A stretch of 56,248 bases of DNA from an uncultured Dehalococcoidaceae bacterium (GTDB taxonomy: Bacteria > Chloroflexota > Dehalococcoidia > Dehalococcoidales > RBG-16-60-22): positions 1 through 56,248 of the forward strand of contig CAYFHI010000002.1 in the NCBI GenBank assembly GCA_964342875.1. Reading direction: 5' to 3'. Shown in pieces: positions 9,283-19,328 of this stretch. The translations under genes and the position numbers were made by a program. Position 1 is the stretch's first letter; every line of letters begins with the position of its first letter. The notes under the pieces are model-generated. The model saw only the letters and a list, made by a program, of their open reading frames with translations, was not told where the DNA came from and made no database searches.

Positions 9283-9756
9283 TCATTCCATGGTTAACCT
9301 GTCCAGTATCTCTTTCTCTTTGGCTATCATTATCTTCTGTTGTTCAAGCTCGTCGTGGTCATATCCCAAGAGATGAAGAACACCGTGAATAATGAGCATG
9401 GTAATTTCCTTCTTTAACGAATGCGTGTGTTCTTCTGCCTGGATGATTGCCTGGGAAAAGGAAATAATCACTTCACCAAGGTGGACAACATCGTCCGGCG
9501 GCACAATAAAAACAGGACTATCTGTTGTTGGAGCTTTGTCAAGTTCAAGAGAAAAGGCTAAAACGTCCGTGGGTTCGTCTTTTCCTCGGTAGTTTCTATT
9601 TAAATATCGTATCTGCTCATCACCGGTAATAACTAGGCCTAGTTCTAGATTAGTACCCATTTCCTCGGTATTGATAACCTGTTCTACTACGTCTCTAAGC
9701 CAGTCCGTCGCCGGGCAATCTTTGAATTCTTCTTCAAGTAAGATTTCAGTCTCCAT
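9283..9756 (-). CDS. ybeY: rRNA maturation RNase YbeY
   Basis: 157 aa with the HGVLHLLGYDH metal-binding motif. Confidence 0.9.
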   Translation of the reverse strand: METEILLEEEFKDCPATDWLRDVVEQVINTEEMGTNLELGLVITGDEQIRYLNRNYRGKDEPTDVLAFSLELDKAPTTDSPVFIVPPDDVVHLGEVIISFSQAIIQAEEHTHSLKKEITMLIIHGVLHLLGYDHDELEQQKIMIAKEKEILDRLTME

Positions 9757-9918
9757 AACAACTCAGCACCAACCATCATAGCACGGTTAATCAGAGGCAT
9801 CAAATATGACGTATATATAATAAATTATCCATATTTTCCGTAATTAAAACAGTTTGAGAGATGAGCACAATTGTGATAGAGTATATAAAATGGAGTATCG
9901 TAGCTTGAGTTAGATTTT

Positions 9919-10010
9919 GGAGGGATCGCATAGTGGTCTAGTGCGGGCGCCTGCTAAGCGCTTACCCTGAGAAATCGGGGTCGTGGGTTCAAATCCCACT
10001 CCCTCCGCCA
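9919..10010 (+). tRNA. tRNA-Ser (anticodon GCU), CCA encoded
   Basis: Folded by hand. Acceptor GGAGGGA/TCCCTCC, anticodon stem GGCGC/GCGCT with loop CTGCTAA, long variable arm, T-arm GTGGG-TTCAAAT-CCCAC, discriminator G plus CCA. 92 nt. Confidence 0.9.
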
Positions 10011-10077
10011 CAGACTTGATTATCGAACTTACCCTTTTTATGTAAAATATATTTTTAATAATATTGAGTTGAAAATC

Positions 10078-11346
10078 ATGCTCCAATATCATATCTGGAC
10101 GATTGGTTGTCAAATGAACAGGTCGGAATCGGAGCGCCTCGGTAGCTATCTGGAAGACCGTGGCTATCGATCTACGGATACTATCGCCGAAGCTGACCTG
10201 ATTGTACTTAATGGTTGTGTAGTGCGCCAGAGTGCCGAGAATCGGGTTCTTAACAAGCTTAACGACCTGAAAACACTTAAAACGGCTCGTCCTGGTATAA
10301 CTTTAGCGGTTACCGGCTGTTCCGTAAACTCAGAAGTAGACAAGCTGAAAAAGGGCTTTTCATATGTCGATTATTTTTTCAAACCGGGAGTGAAACCGCC
10401 TTGGATGGACGAGGCCTCTTTGACTTCGGTATTAACTAAAAAACCTTCACCCGCTGTCTTTGTTCCCATTATTCAGGGATGTGATAATTATTGCTCTTAT
10501 TGTATTGTCCCCTACCGTCGCGGTCGGGAAATAAGCCGACCAATACTGGAAATATTATGTGAAGTTAAGGAATTGATAAACCGTGGCGTCAAAGAGATTA
10601 CTTTACTGGGGCAAAATGTAGATTCATATGGGCATGATTTACCAAGTGAGCTAGAACTGGCTGACCTGCTTGTCGAACTGAATAATATCGACGGGCTGGC
10701 GCGGATACGTTTTTTAACCAATCATCCCAAGGATATGAGCCACCGGCTTATAGAGGTAATTGCTTCCCTGGATAAAGTTTGCGGACAAATATATATTCCG
10801 GTACAATCGGGCAGCGACGATATTCTGAAATTAATGAGACGGGGATATACGGTAAAGCAGTACCGGCATTTGATCGACTTCATACGAAGCACAATACCGG
10901 ATATTGCCCTTAGCACTGACGTCATCGTCGGCTTTCCCTCAGAGAGTGAAAGTCAATTTCAAAAAACAGTTGAATTACTCTCCGATTTAAAGTATGATAC
11001 CGTCCATGTAGCCGCCTATTCGCCAAGACCGGAAACATTATCTGCCCGAGAACTGACGGACAATATCCCGCTCTCGGAAAAAAAGAGGCGTTTGGCTGAG
11101 ATTGAACATCTCCAGGAGAAAATCGCCACCGTAATTAATGCGAATTTATTCAATAAAAATGTAGAAGTTCTGGTAGAACAAAAGAAGAAAGAGAAATGGG
11201 AGGGCCGCACGCGCTCTGGCAAACTGGTGTTTTTCAGTGACAGTAGTGATTGGTTAGGCCGTCTGGTACATGTAAAAGTTGTCAAAACAAGCCCCTGGTC
11301 GTTACAGGGCAAGTTAACGGAGGTAAATTATAGTACAGTTAGCTAA
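10078..11346 (+). CDS. miaB: tRNA (i6A37) methylthiotransferase MiaB
   Basis: N-terminal HIWTIGCQMN, radical-SAM CDNYCSYCIVP and a C-terminal TRAM-like region. The TTG at 10069 is an alternative start. Confidence 0.85.
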   Translation: MLQYHIWTIGCQMNRSESERLGSYLEDRGYRSTDTIAEADLIVLNGCVVRQSAENRVLNKLNDLKTLKTARPGITLAVTGCSVNSEVDKLKKGFSYVDYFFKPGVKPPWMDEASLTSVLTKKPSPAVFVPIIQGCDNYCSYCIVPYRRGREISRPILEILCEVKELINRGVKEITLLGQNVDSYGHDLPSELELADLLVELNNIDGLARIRFLTNHPKDMSHRLIEVIASLDKVCGQIYIPVQSGSDDILKLMRRGYTVKQYRHLIDFIRSTIPDIALSTDVIVGFPSESESQFQKTVELLSDLKYDTVHVAAYSPRPETLSARELTDNIPLSEKKRRLAEIEHLQEKIATVINANLFNKNVEVLVEQKKKEKWEGRTRSGKLVFFSDSSDWLGRLVHVKVVKTSPWSLQGKLTEVNYSTVS

Positions 11347-11356
11347 AGGAGAAAAA

Positions 11357-11725
11357 ATGAAAAAACACAAATTACTAAAGCTGGGATTGATAGCTACCTT
11401 GCTTGTCAGCCTGTTCGTTGTTATTGGTGGCTGCTTCGCTCCCGCCGCTGGAGCTACTGAAGGTGGTTTCGACCCAACGATAATTATTTTTTTGGTATTG
11501 ATTTTCGGGGTCTTCTATTTTCTGATGATTCGGCCGCAGCGCAAGCGTCAGAAAGAACACGAAACATTGGTGCAGGAATTGCAAAAAGGAGACAGGGTGA
11601 TAAGTGCCGGCGGAATTCATGGACAGATCGAAAGTCTTTCCGATGACAGCGTCGTCTTAAAAATTGAATCGGGCGCGACTATCAGAATTGCCAGAGGCAG
11701 CATACTTGGCCGACGGGAAAAGTAA
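11357..11725 (+). CDS. yajC: preprotein translocase subunit YajC
   Basis: 122 aa. TM segment followed by FLMIRPQRKRQKEH...LQKGDRVISAGGIHG. AAGGAG RBS. Confidence 0.85.
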   Translation: MKKHKLLKLGLIATLLVSLFVVIGGCFAPAAGATEGGFDPTIIIFLVLIFGVFYFLMIRPQRKRQKEHETLVQELQKGDRVISAGGIHGQIESLSDDSVVLKIESGATIRIARGSILGRREK

Positions 11726-11804
11726 CAACTTGGAATCAACCTTATTCTCACAGTAACTACCGAAACCACAGGACTGCAAGTAAAGACGAAACCAGGTAAA
11801 TTGA

Positions 11805-13361
11805 ATGAACTCCTATGATTACATCATAGTTGGCAGTGGTATTGCTGGACTTTATACGGCATTACTGGCTAAAGATCATGGTAGCGTGCTTATTATTACT
11901 AAGGGGAGCATTGATGACTGCAATACCAAGCATGCCCAGGGAGGTATTGCCGCTGCTATCGGTGAGAATGACACCACTGAACTTCATTTTCAGGATACTG
12001 TCATCGCTGGTGATGGGCTATGTGATAAAGAGTCGGTGCGGATACTGGTCGAGGAAGCACCGAACCGCATTGCTGATCTGGTAAATTTTGGTGTTCCTTT
12101 TGACACCCTAGATGGTGAAATCGACCTTACCATGGAAGCAGCTCACAGTAAATCCCGCATCGTACATGCCGGGGGTGATGCCACTGGTGAATATGTCGAA
12201 GTTGCACTGAGCAAGCAGGTGCTTTCATCTAAAATCCAGGTACTTGAGAATTGCCTGGCTACCGAAATTATACTAGAAAAGGGTCGCGTTAGTGGGATTA
12301 AGTCCCTTGACTGCCATACTGGTTCTGTAGGGGAATATGAATGCCGATTTATTATCTTGGCTACCGGAGGCGCCGGTCAGCTTTACAAGTTCAACACCAA
12401 CTCGGATATAGCTACCGGTGACGGCTTAGCGCTAGCGCTTAATGCCGGGGCAGAGATTGTTGACATGGAATTCTTCCAGTTCCACCCGACAGCTCTACGT
12501 TTACCTGGGGTAACCCCGTTTCTTATATCGGAAGCGGTGAGAGGGGAAGGGGGAATACTGCGCAATATACACGGAGAGCGTTTTATGTCCGGATATTCAC
12601 CGCAAGGCGACCTAGCGCCGCGGGATATTGTAGCACGAAGTATAGTTTACGAGATGAATAAAACCAATTCTGACAGAGTCTTTGTTGACATTACGCACTT
12701 ACCAGCACATGTCACCGCTACCCGTTTCCCCAGTATATATCGCTTCTGCCAGATACACGGGCTTGATATTACCAGAGAGATGGTGCCGGTAGCCCCGGCA
12801 GCCCACTATATGATGGGTGGTATCAGGACCAATACCTGGGGGGAAACCAACATTACGGATTTGTTCGCCACCGGGGAAACCGCCTGTACTGGAGTACATG
12901 GTGCTAATCGTCTAGCCTCAAACTCGATGCTCGAAGTAATTGTCTTCAGCAAAAGAATTGTTGAAAAAACCGTGGACCAAGCCGGACAACACCTGCCGGC
13001 CCAATCAAATATCACCGAAATCTACCGTTCCTTAAGTCAGAGGACAGTCTCGAAGAAATCACCAATCCTTAATCTTTCCGCTCTACAGCAGCTCCTCTGG
13101 GACAAAGTGGGAGTTATGCGTAACCAGGACAACCTAGCTCAGGCGGCAGATGTACTATCCATCTGGCACGAGAACATGAATCAACCCACTGACCGTCCTT
13201 CATTCGAACTCTACAATCTTATCCTGTCGGGCAGGCTAGTTACCGAAGCTGCCCTGCTCCGGGAAGAAAGCCGCGGCGCCCATTTTCGATCCGATTTCTC
13301 TCGGAGTTTACCGAAATGGCAGCGTCATATCGTGTTTACCACTAGACAAAAAGGTAGTTGA
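11805..13361 (+). CDS. nadB: L-aspartate oxidase
   Basis: 518 aa. DYIIVGSGIAGL FAD motif, HAQGGIAA and REESRGAHFRSDF. Confidence 0.9.
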   Translation: MNSYDYIIVGSGIAGLYTALLAKDHGSVLIITKGSIDDCNTKHAQGGIAAAIGENDTTELHFQDTVIAGDGLCDKESVRILVEEAPNRIADLVNFGVPFDTLDGEIDLTMEAAHSKSRIVHAGGDATGEYVEVALSKQVLSSKIQVLENCLATEIILEKGRVSGIKSLDCHTGSVGEYECRFIILATGGAGQLYKFNTNSDIATGDGLALALNAGAEIVDMEFFQFHPTALRLPGVTPFLISEAVRGEGGILRNIHGERFMSGYSPQGDLAPRDIVARSIVYEMNKTNSDRVFVDITHLPAHVTATRFPSIYRFCQIHGLDITREMVPVAPAAHYMMGGIRTNTWGETNITDLFATGETACTGVHGANRLASNSMLEVIVFSKRIVEKTVDQAGQHLPAQSNITEIYRSLSQRTVSKKSPILNLSALQQLLWDKVGVMRNQDNLAQAADVLSIWHENMNQPTDRPSFELYNLILSGRLVTEAALLREESRGAHFRSDFSRSLPKWQRHIVFTTRQKGS

Positions 13362-13415
13362 AGTCCGGTAATATTAAGCGCATTACAAAATACTTGAGTA
13401 CCGAGGGTGAAACGG

Positions 13416-14294
13416 ATGTATAAGCTTCAGATAACTCAAGAACAGATTGATACAATTGTCGACCTCGCTTTAGCCGAGGATATAAGTGGGGGTGATATCA
13501 CCAGCGAGATATTAATACCACCAGATTTAATCGGCAAGGCTTTAATTCTCGTCAAAGAAGCTGGCATCTTAGCTGGCAGCTTGATAGCTAAACGGGCATT
13601 TCTCAGAGTTGACCCGTCGCTAAAAGTAGAAACACTTTTTAAGGAAGGTACTATTGTAAAACTTGGGGATATCATAGTAACCATATCCGGTAAGGTAAGC
13701 AGTATCCTAAAAGCGGAGCGAACGGCATTGAACTTTTTACAAAGACTTAGCGGTATCGCTTCTCTAACCTCCCAATATGTAGCTAAAACGGAAGGGAATA
13801 AGGCCATTATTACCGATACACGCAAAACTACCCCCGGTATCAGGCTGCTGGAAAAATACGCCGTTCTTATCGGTGGTGGTAAGAACCATCGATTTAATCT
13901 GGCGGATGGCATCTTAATTAAAGACAACCACTTGGCGGCGCTACGAGCTATGGATATGAGTCTTAAGGATATCGTTACCATAGCCAAGCGTAAAGCTCCT
14001 CGAGGGATCACTGTAGAAATAGAAGCTACCAGCGCTCAGGAAGCGCTGGATAGCGTTAGTGCCGGGGCTGATATTATTATGCTAGATAACATGACCCCTG
14101 ACGAAATGCGAAAGGTTATAGGATTGATTTCGGACTCGGTGAAATTCGAAGCCTCTGGAGGGATTACACTGGCTAACTTAAGCGAGGCAGCTATGTCAGG
14201 AGTTGATATCATCTCTGTAGGCGCACTTACTCATTCCGTTAAAGCACTTGATATCAGCCTTGAACTTGAGCCGAAAACTCTACAATTACTCTAA
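13416..14294 (+). CDS. nadC: nicotinate-nucleotide diphosphorylase (carboxylating)
   Basis: ALAEDISGGDITS, ERTALNFLQRLSGIA and DTRKTTPG motifs. The ATG at 13416 lies 6 nt after GAGGGTG; the track starts at GTG 13407. Confidence 0.9.
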   Translation: MYKLQITQEQIDTIVDLALAEDISGGDITSEILIPPDLIGKALILVKEAGILAGSLIAKRAFLRVDPSLKVETLFKEGTIVKLGDIIVTISGKVSSILKAERTALNFLQRLSGIASLTSQYVAKTEGNKAIITDTRKTTPGIRLLEKYAVLIGGGKNHRFNLADGILIKDNHLAALRAMDMSLKDIVTIAKRKAPRGITVEIEATSAQEALDSVSAGADIIMLDNMTPDEMRKVIGLISDSVKFEASGGITLANLSEAAMSGVDIISVGALTHSVKALDISLELEPKTLQLL

Positions 14295-14432
14295 ACCAGT
14301 CCAATTGAGGAAATCCAGAGTTTGTCATTACGGCTTATCAGTATCCTTCTGTTTCCGAAACGGAACCTTTCGATGTATCAAGAGCGGACCGGTAACCGCC
14401 AGCAACAGCAGGCTAATCCACTTCGGTTAAAA

Positions 14433-14876
14433 TTATCCCCGACTATCCAGTAAAATTGTAACCGGGCCATCATTGTGGATCTCTACCTGCATATATTGCT
14501 GAAAACAGCCGGTTTCTACCCTTAGCCCGGTAGCCCGCATTTGCTTAACGAAGAATCCGAATAGTTTATTGGCATTTTCGGGTGGGGATGCTTCAATAAA
14601 ACTCGGCCGACGACCTTTCCGATTGTCAGCCAACAGTGTGAACTGACTCACCAGCAACAGGTCGCCTAGCATATCCAAGGCTGATAAATTAAATTTTCCA
14701 TTTTCATCAGAAAAAATACGCAGGTTGACAGTTTTCCAGACCAAGTACTGTGCATCTTTTTCCGTATCACCGTTTGCCACCCCAACCAAAACCACCAACC
14801 CCCGGCCAATCCTGCCCACTTCTCCATCACTAGTGCTTACCGAGGCCTCAGTAACCCGCTGCAACAATGCCTTCAC
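14433..14876 (-). CDS. dtd: D-aminoacyl-tRNA deacylase
   Basis: 147 aa. MKALLQRV N-terminus and SQFTL...GRRPSF motif. Confidence 0.9.
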   Translation of the reverse strand: MKALLQRVTEASVSTSDGEVGRIGRGLVVLVGVANGDTEKDAQYLVWKTVNLRIFSDENGKFNLSALDMLGDLLLVSQFTLLADNRKGRRPSFIEASPPENANKLFGFFVKQMRATGLRVETGCFQQYMQVEIHNDGPVTILLDSRG

Positions 14877-14880
14877 GAGA

Positions 14881-15171
14881 CTACTTACTCTTTTCGCCTT
14901 TGGTTGTTGTTATTGCTTTGGTGGTATCCGGTATCTTTGCCGGTAGTATATCTTTACTTTTTTCCGGAACTTTCTCTAACGATTTTTCACCGTTCTTACG
15001 ACTGTCGGTCACATAGAAACCGCTACCTTTAAAAATAATTGGAGTACTGTGAAACACGCGACGGACACTGCCCTGACATTCAGGGCAGACAGTTGCTGGT
15101 TCTTCATCAAAACGCTGCCGCTTTTCAAAACAGCAGTGACAGTAACCGCATTCATACTCATAAACAGGCAT
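14881..15171 (-). CDS. FmdB family zinc-ribbon protein
   Basis: MPVYEYECGYCHCCFE...CPECQG... signature. 96 aa. Confidence 0.8.
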   Translation of the reverse strand: MPVYEYECGYCHCCFEKRQRFDEEPATVCPECQGSVRRVFHSTPIIFKGSGFYVTDSRKNGEKSLEKVPEKSKDILPAKIPDTTKAITTTKGEKSK

Positions 15172-15425
15172 AGCCTCTCACCTCATATTATTGTCCCTAC
15201 TGATATATTACGGTAATTACCATATGAAGCGCAAATAAATATTGCTAAATATCTTAATATCTTACTAGACTTTTCAATTAAAATAGTTTAAAATAATAAA
15301 GCAAATGTGGAAGTTTGGGATTAGGTATTATGTGTTTAGTATTACAACTTCCTACGGTTGTTACCAAAAATGAAGCGCTGTGCTGATAAGAGCCAGTGCT
15401 TCCTTACTTTAAGGAGGGAATAAAT

Positions 15426-15698
15426 ATGCAGTCCAGCTTGATCGGTAAAATTGAAAAGGCTAATCGCTACGCACTGGAAACAGACCGTATTACTTTCTCT
15501 GAATTTACAGTAAACTTCCGTGGTGAAAATAATACTTATAGTACCGGCTTTAAGGATAAGAAATGGCAGTGTTCTTGTCAATTTTTTTCGAGTTGGGGCC
15601 TCTGCAGCCATACAATGGCGCTTGAGAAAATAATGGGTAACATGTTACCGTCGGAGGCCATAAATACACAATATGATCCTACTGCTGAGGCTGTGTAA
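15426..15698 (+). CDS. stand-alone SWIM zinc-finger protein
   Basis: WQCSCQFFSSWGLCSHTMAL equals the CxC...CxH SWIM motif. The ATG at 15426 follows a GGAGGG RBS; the track ORF starts at 15396. Confidence 0.65.
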   Translation: MQSSLIGKIEKANRYALETDRITFSEFTVNFRGENNTYSTGFKDKKWQCSCQFFSSWGLCSHTMALEKIMGNMLPSEAINTQYDPTAEAV

Positions 15699-15808
15699 CT
15701 ATACTTCATAATTTGTCTGAGAAGATACATAAACCGGTGGATTACCATTTTATGTCTGTACATAGTTTCTCGCACTATTGCTTTTACTATCCCCCTTCGG
15801 AGAAATAA

Positions 15809-16621
15809 GTGAATTTCATTGAAAAGTTAGCCAAAGCATCGAAAAATAATAACAGCTTACTATGCATCGGTCTTGACCCTGATCCCGAAAAAATGCCTGA
15901 TAAGGTAAAAGTTCTAGATTTTAATAAAGCAATCATAGAGGCTACTACTGATTTAGTGTGTGCCTACAAGTTTAATCTCGCTTTCTATGAAGTTTTGGGT
16001 GATGATGGTTATAAAATCCTGAAAAACAGCGTGAAGCACGTTCCGGACAATATCCCAGTGATAGGAGACGCCAAGCGCAGTGATATCGGCAATACCGCCA
16101 GGGCTTATGCCAGATCCCTTTTTACAAATCTAAATTTTGACGCTGTTACCGTGAACCCATACTTGGGATTCGATTCGTTAGAACCATTTATCCAGTATCA
16201 TGATCGAGGGATATTTATCCTCTGCCGTACATCAAACGCCGGTGCCGTTGATTTCCAGTCTGTACAATGCGTAGTAGGCGGATACAAACGCCCACTGTTT
16301 GAGCTGGTGGCACAAAAGGTCACCCAGTGGAACATTTATGGGAATCTTGGGCTGGTGGTCGGCGCTACCTATCCCAAAGAATTAAAGCTAATAAGGCAAA
16401 ATCATCATGATATGCTGCTATTGATACCGGGTATCGGTGCTCAGGGAGGAGAATTGTCACTCGCGATACGATACGGTGTCGACAGTAACGGACAAAAAGC
16501 AATTGTTAACTCATCGCGACAGATAATCTTTGCCTCCCGTGGGCATGACTTCGCTCAGGCATCTCGAAAGGCTACCAATAAACTGCGTAACCGTATTAAT
16601 GGTTTCTTGCCAGGTCATTAA
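15809..16621 (+). CDS. pyrF: orotidine 5'-phosphate decarboxylase (long type 2 form)
   Basis: 270 aa. LCIGLDPD, IGDAKRSDIGNT and PGIGAQGG motifs. Confidence 0.9.
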   Translation: MNFIEKLAKASKNNNSLLCIGLDPDPEKMPDKVKVLDFNKAIIEATTDLVCAYKFNLAFYEVLGDDGYKILKNSVKHVPDNIPVIGDAKRSDIGNTARAYARSLFTNLNFDAVTVNPYLGFDSLEPFIQYHDRGIFILCRTSNAGAVDFQSVQCVVGGYKRPLFELVAQKVTQWNIYGNLGLVVGATYPKELKLIRQNHHDMLLLIPGIGAQGGELSLAIRYGVDSNGQKAIVNSSRQIIFASRGHDFAQASRKATNKLRNRINGFLPGH

Positions 16622-16658
16622 TTTACTCACTTGAAAATATAACTGTTGCTAAGTTGAT

Positions 16659-16688
16659 ATTCAGCCCAGCTTAACCGTCGGGCTGAAT
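16659..16688 (+). terminator. hairpin terminator candidate after pyrF
   Basis: ATTCAGCCC (16659-16667) pairs with GGGCTGAAT (16680-16688) across a 12-nt loop. Followed by an A/T-rich tail (tatttaat), not a clean U-run. Confidence 0.45.
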
Positions 16689-16821
16689 TATTTAATGAAT
16701 GGCTAGTGGTGAAATTAGAGTCTTGCGTTGTTACAAAATATCTTAAATGCCAACATCGAGTCCTTCTGAAACGGAGCATGTCCGAACGTCGGGTTAGAGA
16801 TTTATCCCCAGGGAGCAATAG

Positions 16822-16985
16822 ATGGGCAAGGAAATAGGACTTAAATATAAAGAGATAGAACTTGAAGTTAAGTTAGCTGACCTTAAGGGTCGCTGGCGGA
16901 CGCATTTAGTTCCCCCATCAATCAACGGGAATTGGAAGAGCTAGAGGAAGATCTGGAAAAGCTAAATGGGGAAACAACAACCTGA
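16822..16985 (+). pseudogene. small conserved-looking ORF (K-x-R-W-P-A-H-S-V-P-P...ELEELE type) interrupted by a frameshift
   Basis: AGGGAG RBS then ATG at 16822. MGKEIGLKYKEIELEVKLADLKGRWRTHLVPPSINGNWKS stops at 16942-16944. A second frame continues INQRELEELEEDLEKLNGETTT to the TGA at 16983-16985. The frame change sits at the TCAATCAA repeat. Confidence 0.35.
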
Positions 16986-17068
16986 GATTGACTAATAACG
17001 TGCGTAAATCTAAAAACACGGCTGGTCAGTCACGCTAATGTAACTATGATATAATAATTATCAAAAAT

Positions 17069-18271
17069 ATGGAGGAAGTTGCTACAATGTGGGAATGGTT
17101 TACTACCAACAGTGTCTGGTTTTTTATGGCTTCGTCTTTTATATTAATTATTGTTTTCTTTGTTGGGGAGCAGATTTCGACAAAAATATTAAAAACATTA
17201 CCTGAAACAAAACAAGAGAGGGCAAATAAGAGCTTCACAGTTGTCTTCTGGATTATCGACGGAATAACGTTAGGAATAATAGCAGTTTCGTTGGTAGCAA
17301 TCACCCTCTCTCGCGAAGGAATCTATAACATAATAACTCCAGACACTATACAAAGGTGGTTTCTGCAGCACGCCACGCGCATACTCATAACATTACTATT
17401 GGGGATCGTTCTCTGGTATGTCGTGAGTAAGTTTCTTCCAGGTATGGTGCAACGCACAATGTCACGGCCTGTAAAGGGAGAAAGCAAGGCGGGGAGGAAG
17501 AAAAGAGCTAACACCCTCACCAGTGTATTCACTGGGGTAAGCAAGGTGCTTATTTCTCTGTTGGTCATTTTTATGATATTATCTGAGCTTGACGTACCTA
17601 TCGGGCCGATATTAGCTGGGTTTGGTATTGCCGGTATTGCCGTTGGCTTCGGCGCCCAGTATATGATTAGAGACCTGATTGCCGGTATATTCATACTCCT
17701 TGAGAATCAATACAGAGTCGGAGATGTGGCCAGAGTGGCCGATATTACCGGGCTTGTGGAACAGGTAAACCTCAGGAAGACGGTGCTCCGTGACCTTGAC
17801 GGTATCGTGCATCATGTTCCCAATGGAGATATTAAGGTAGCCAGTAATTATACAAGACGTTTCTCCAGGGTCAATCTTAATATTTCGGTATCATATGGTA
17901 CTGACCTTGATAAAGCTATTAACGTGATAAACCGAGTCTGCACGGAACTCGTTGCAGAAGCCGGCTGGAAAGAAAAGTTTTTCAGTACACCCCAGGTACT
18001 CAGGGTTGATAAACTTGGCGACTCCGGAATAGATATAAAAATTATTGGCGATGTGCAGCCACTCGAGCAATGGAGTGTGATGGGTGAATTGAGATTACGC
18101 ATTAAAAACACTTTTGATGCTGAGGGAATAGAAATCCCGTGGCCTCATGTAAAAGTGTTTTTAGGCGACCAGGAATCGGGTAAAGCCCTGATATGCCCGT
18201 CTTGTTCAAGTACCAACTCCCCGGGAAGTAAATTCTGCTCTCACTGCGGGGGAGCTATTGGTTCACATTAG
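17069..18271 (+). CDS. MscS-family mechanosensitive channel with C-terminal zinc ribbon
   Basis: 400 aa. TM helices, then the GFGAQYMIRDLIAGIFILLENQYRVGDV MscS core. C-terminal CPSCSSTNSPGSKFCSHCG. Confidence 0.85.
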   Translation: MEEVATMWEWFTTNSVWFFMASSFILIIVFFVGEQISTKILKTLPETKQERANKSFTVVFWIIDGITLGIIAVSLVAITLSREGIYNIITPDTIQRWFLQHATRILITLLLGIVLWYVVSKFLPGMVQRTMSRPVKGESKAGRKKRANTLTSVFTGVSKVLISLLVIFMILSELDVPIGPILAGFGIAGIAVGFGAQYMIRDLIAGIFILLENQYRVGDVARVADITGLVEQVNLRKTVLRDLDGIVHHVPNGDIKVASNYTRRFSRVNLNISVSYGTDLDKAINVINRVCTELVAEAGWKEKFFSTPQVLRVDKLGDSGIDIKIIGDVQPLEQWSVMGELRLRIKNTFDAEGIEIPWPHVKVFLGDQESGKALICPSCSSTNSPGSKFCSHCGGAIGSH

Positions 18272-18337
18272 TAATAATACTTGCCTTATAAAGCAGTAAA
18301 AAGATATAATATGGCCTGATACGTAGGAGTGTGAGAA

Positions 18338-19246
18338 ATGACGTCATATGCCTTTTTTCAGAAGAAATTCATCCCCTTATCCGAAGCCAGGATAGGGGTT
18401 ATGACCAACTCATTTCATTATGGTACGGGAGTTTTTGAAGGCATCAGAGGTAATTGGAATAAAGAGCAAAAGCAGATGCACCTCTTTCGGCTTAAAGAGC
18501 ACTACGAACGCATGCACCAAGGGTGCCTGGTCTTGAATATTAATCTGCCCCATACAGTTGAGGAACTGTGCCGGATAACCGTTGAACTTGTTAACAAGAA
18601 TGGTTTTCAAGAAGATATTTACATACGGCCCTTGGCATATAACAGTTCTGAGGTTCTGGGAGTTCGTCTGCATGACTTGGAATCCGATTTTTTGGTATTT
18701 GCGCATCCCTGGGGACGTTATTTGGACGTTGATAAGGCCCGCTGTGCCGTTTCGTCCTGGCGTTGCCCAAAAGAAATACCACGTGCCAAGCTTACCGGAC
18801 TTTATGTCAATAACGCGATTGCCAAGACTGAAGCCATCTCTAATGGTTTTGACGAAGCAATTCTGCTTACTGCTGACGGGTATGTCGCTGATGGTAGTGG
18901 TGAGAATATCTTCCTAGTCATTAATGGAAAATTGGTGACACCAGCTATTTACAATAGTATTCTGATGGGCATTACCCGTGATAGTGTAATGATATTGGCG
19001 AAAAACGAATTGACTTTAGAAACTAATGAAAGGTCTATAGAGCGTAGTGAACTTTATAGCGCGAGCGAATGCTTTTTAACCGGTACTGCCGCCAATATTA
19101 CTCCGATTGCTGAAATAGATCGTCGAAAGATAGGTAATGGTGAAATTGGCGAAATAACCGGAAAGTTACAGAAGATCTACTCAGGAGTCATACGAGGCGC
19201 CAATTCCAAATACCTTGACTGGTGTACACCAGTATACAAGAAATAA
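18338..19246 (+). CDS. ilvE: branched-chain amino acid aminotransferase
   Basis: 302 aa. HYGTGVFEGIR, the class IV fold motif GSGENIFLV and TGTAA. Confidence 0.9.
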   Translation: MTSYAFFQKKFIPLSEARIGVMTNSFHYGTGVFEGIRGNWNKEQKQMHLFRLKEHYERMHQGCLVLNINLPHTVEELCRITVELVNKNGFQEDIYIRPLAYNSSEVLGVRLHDLESDFLVFAHPWGRYLDVDKARCAVSSWRCPKEIPRAKLTGLYVNNAIAKTEAISNGFDEAILLTADGYVADGSGENIFLVINGKLVTPAIYNSILMGITRDSVMILAKNELTLETNERSIERSELYSASECFLTGTAANITPIAEIDRRKIGNGEIGEITGKLQKIYSGVIRGANSKYLDWCTPVYKK

Positions 19247-19328
19247 TCTATAATTTACTGCTGCTAACCTGTAATGATTTTAATAAGCAGAGAATCTTGC
19301 AGCTTTCCTCAAGCATTGTGGCAATATT

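Noticed and set aside
9910-10113. 67-aa reverse ORF overlapping the tRNA-Ser gene
   Set aside because: It reads straight through a well-folding tRNA on the opposite strand and into the miaB start region, so it is an artefact of ORF calling.
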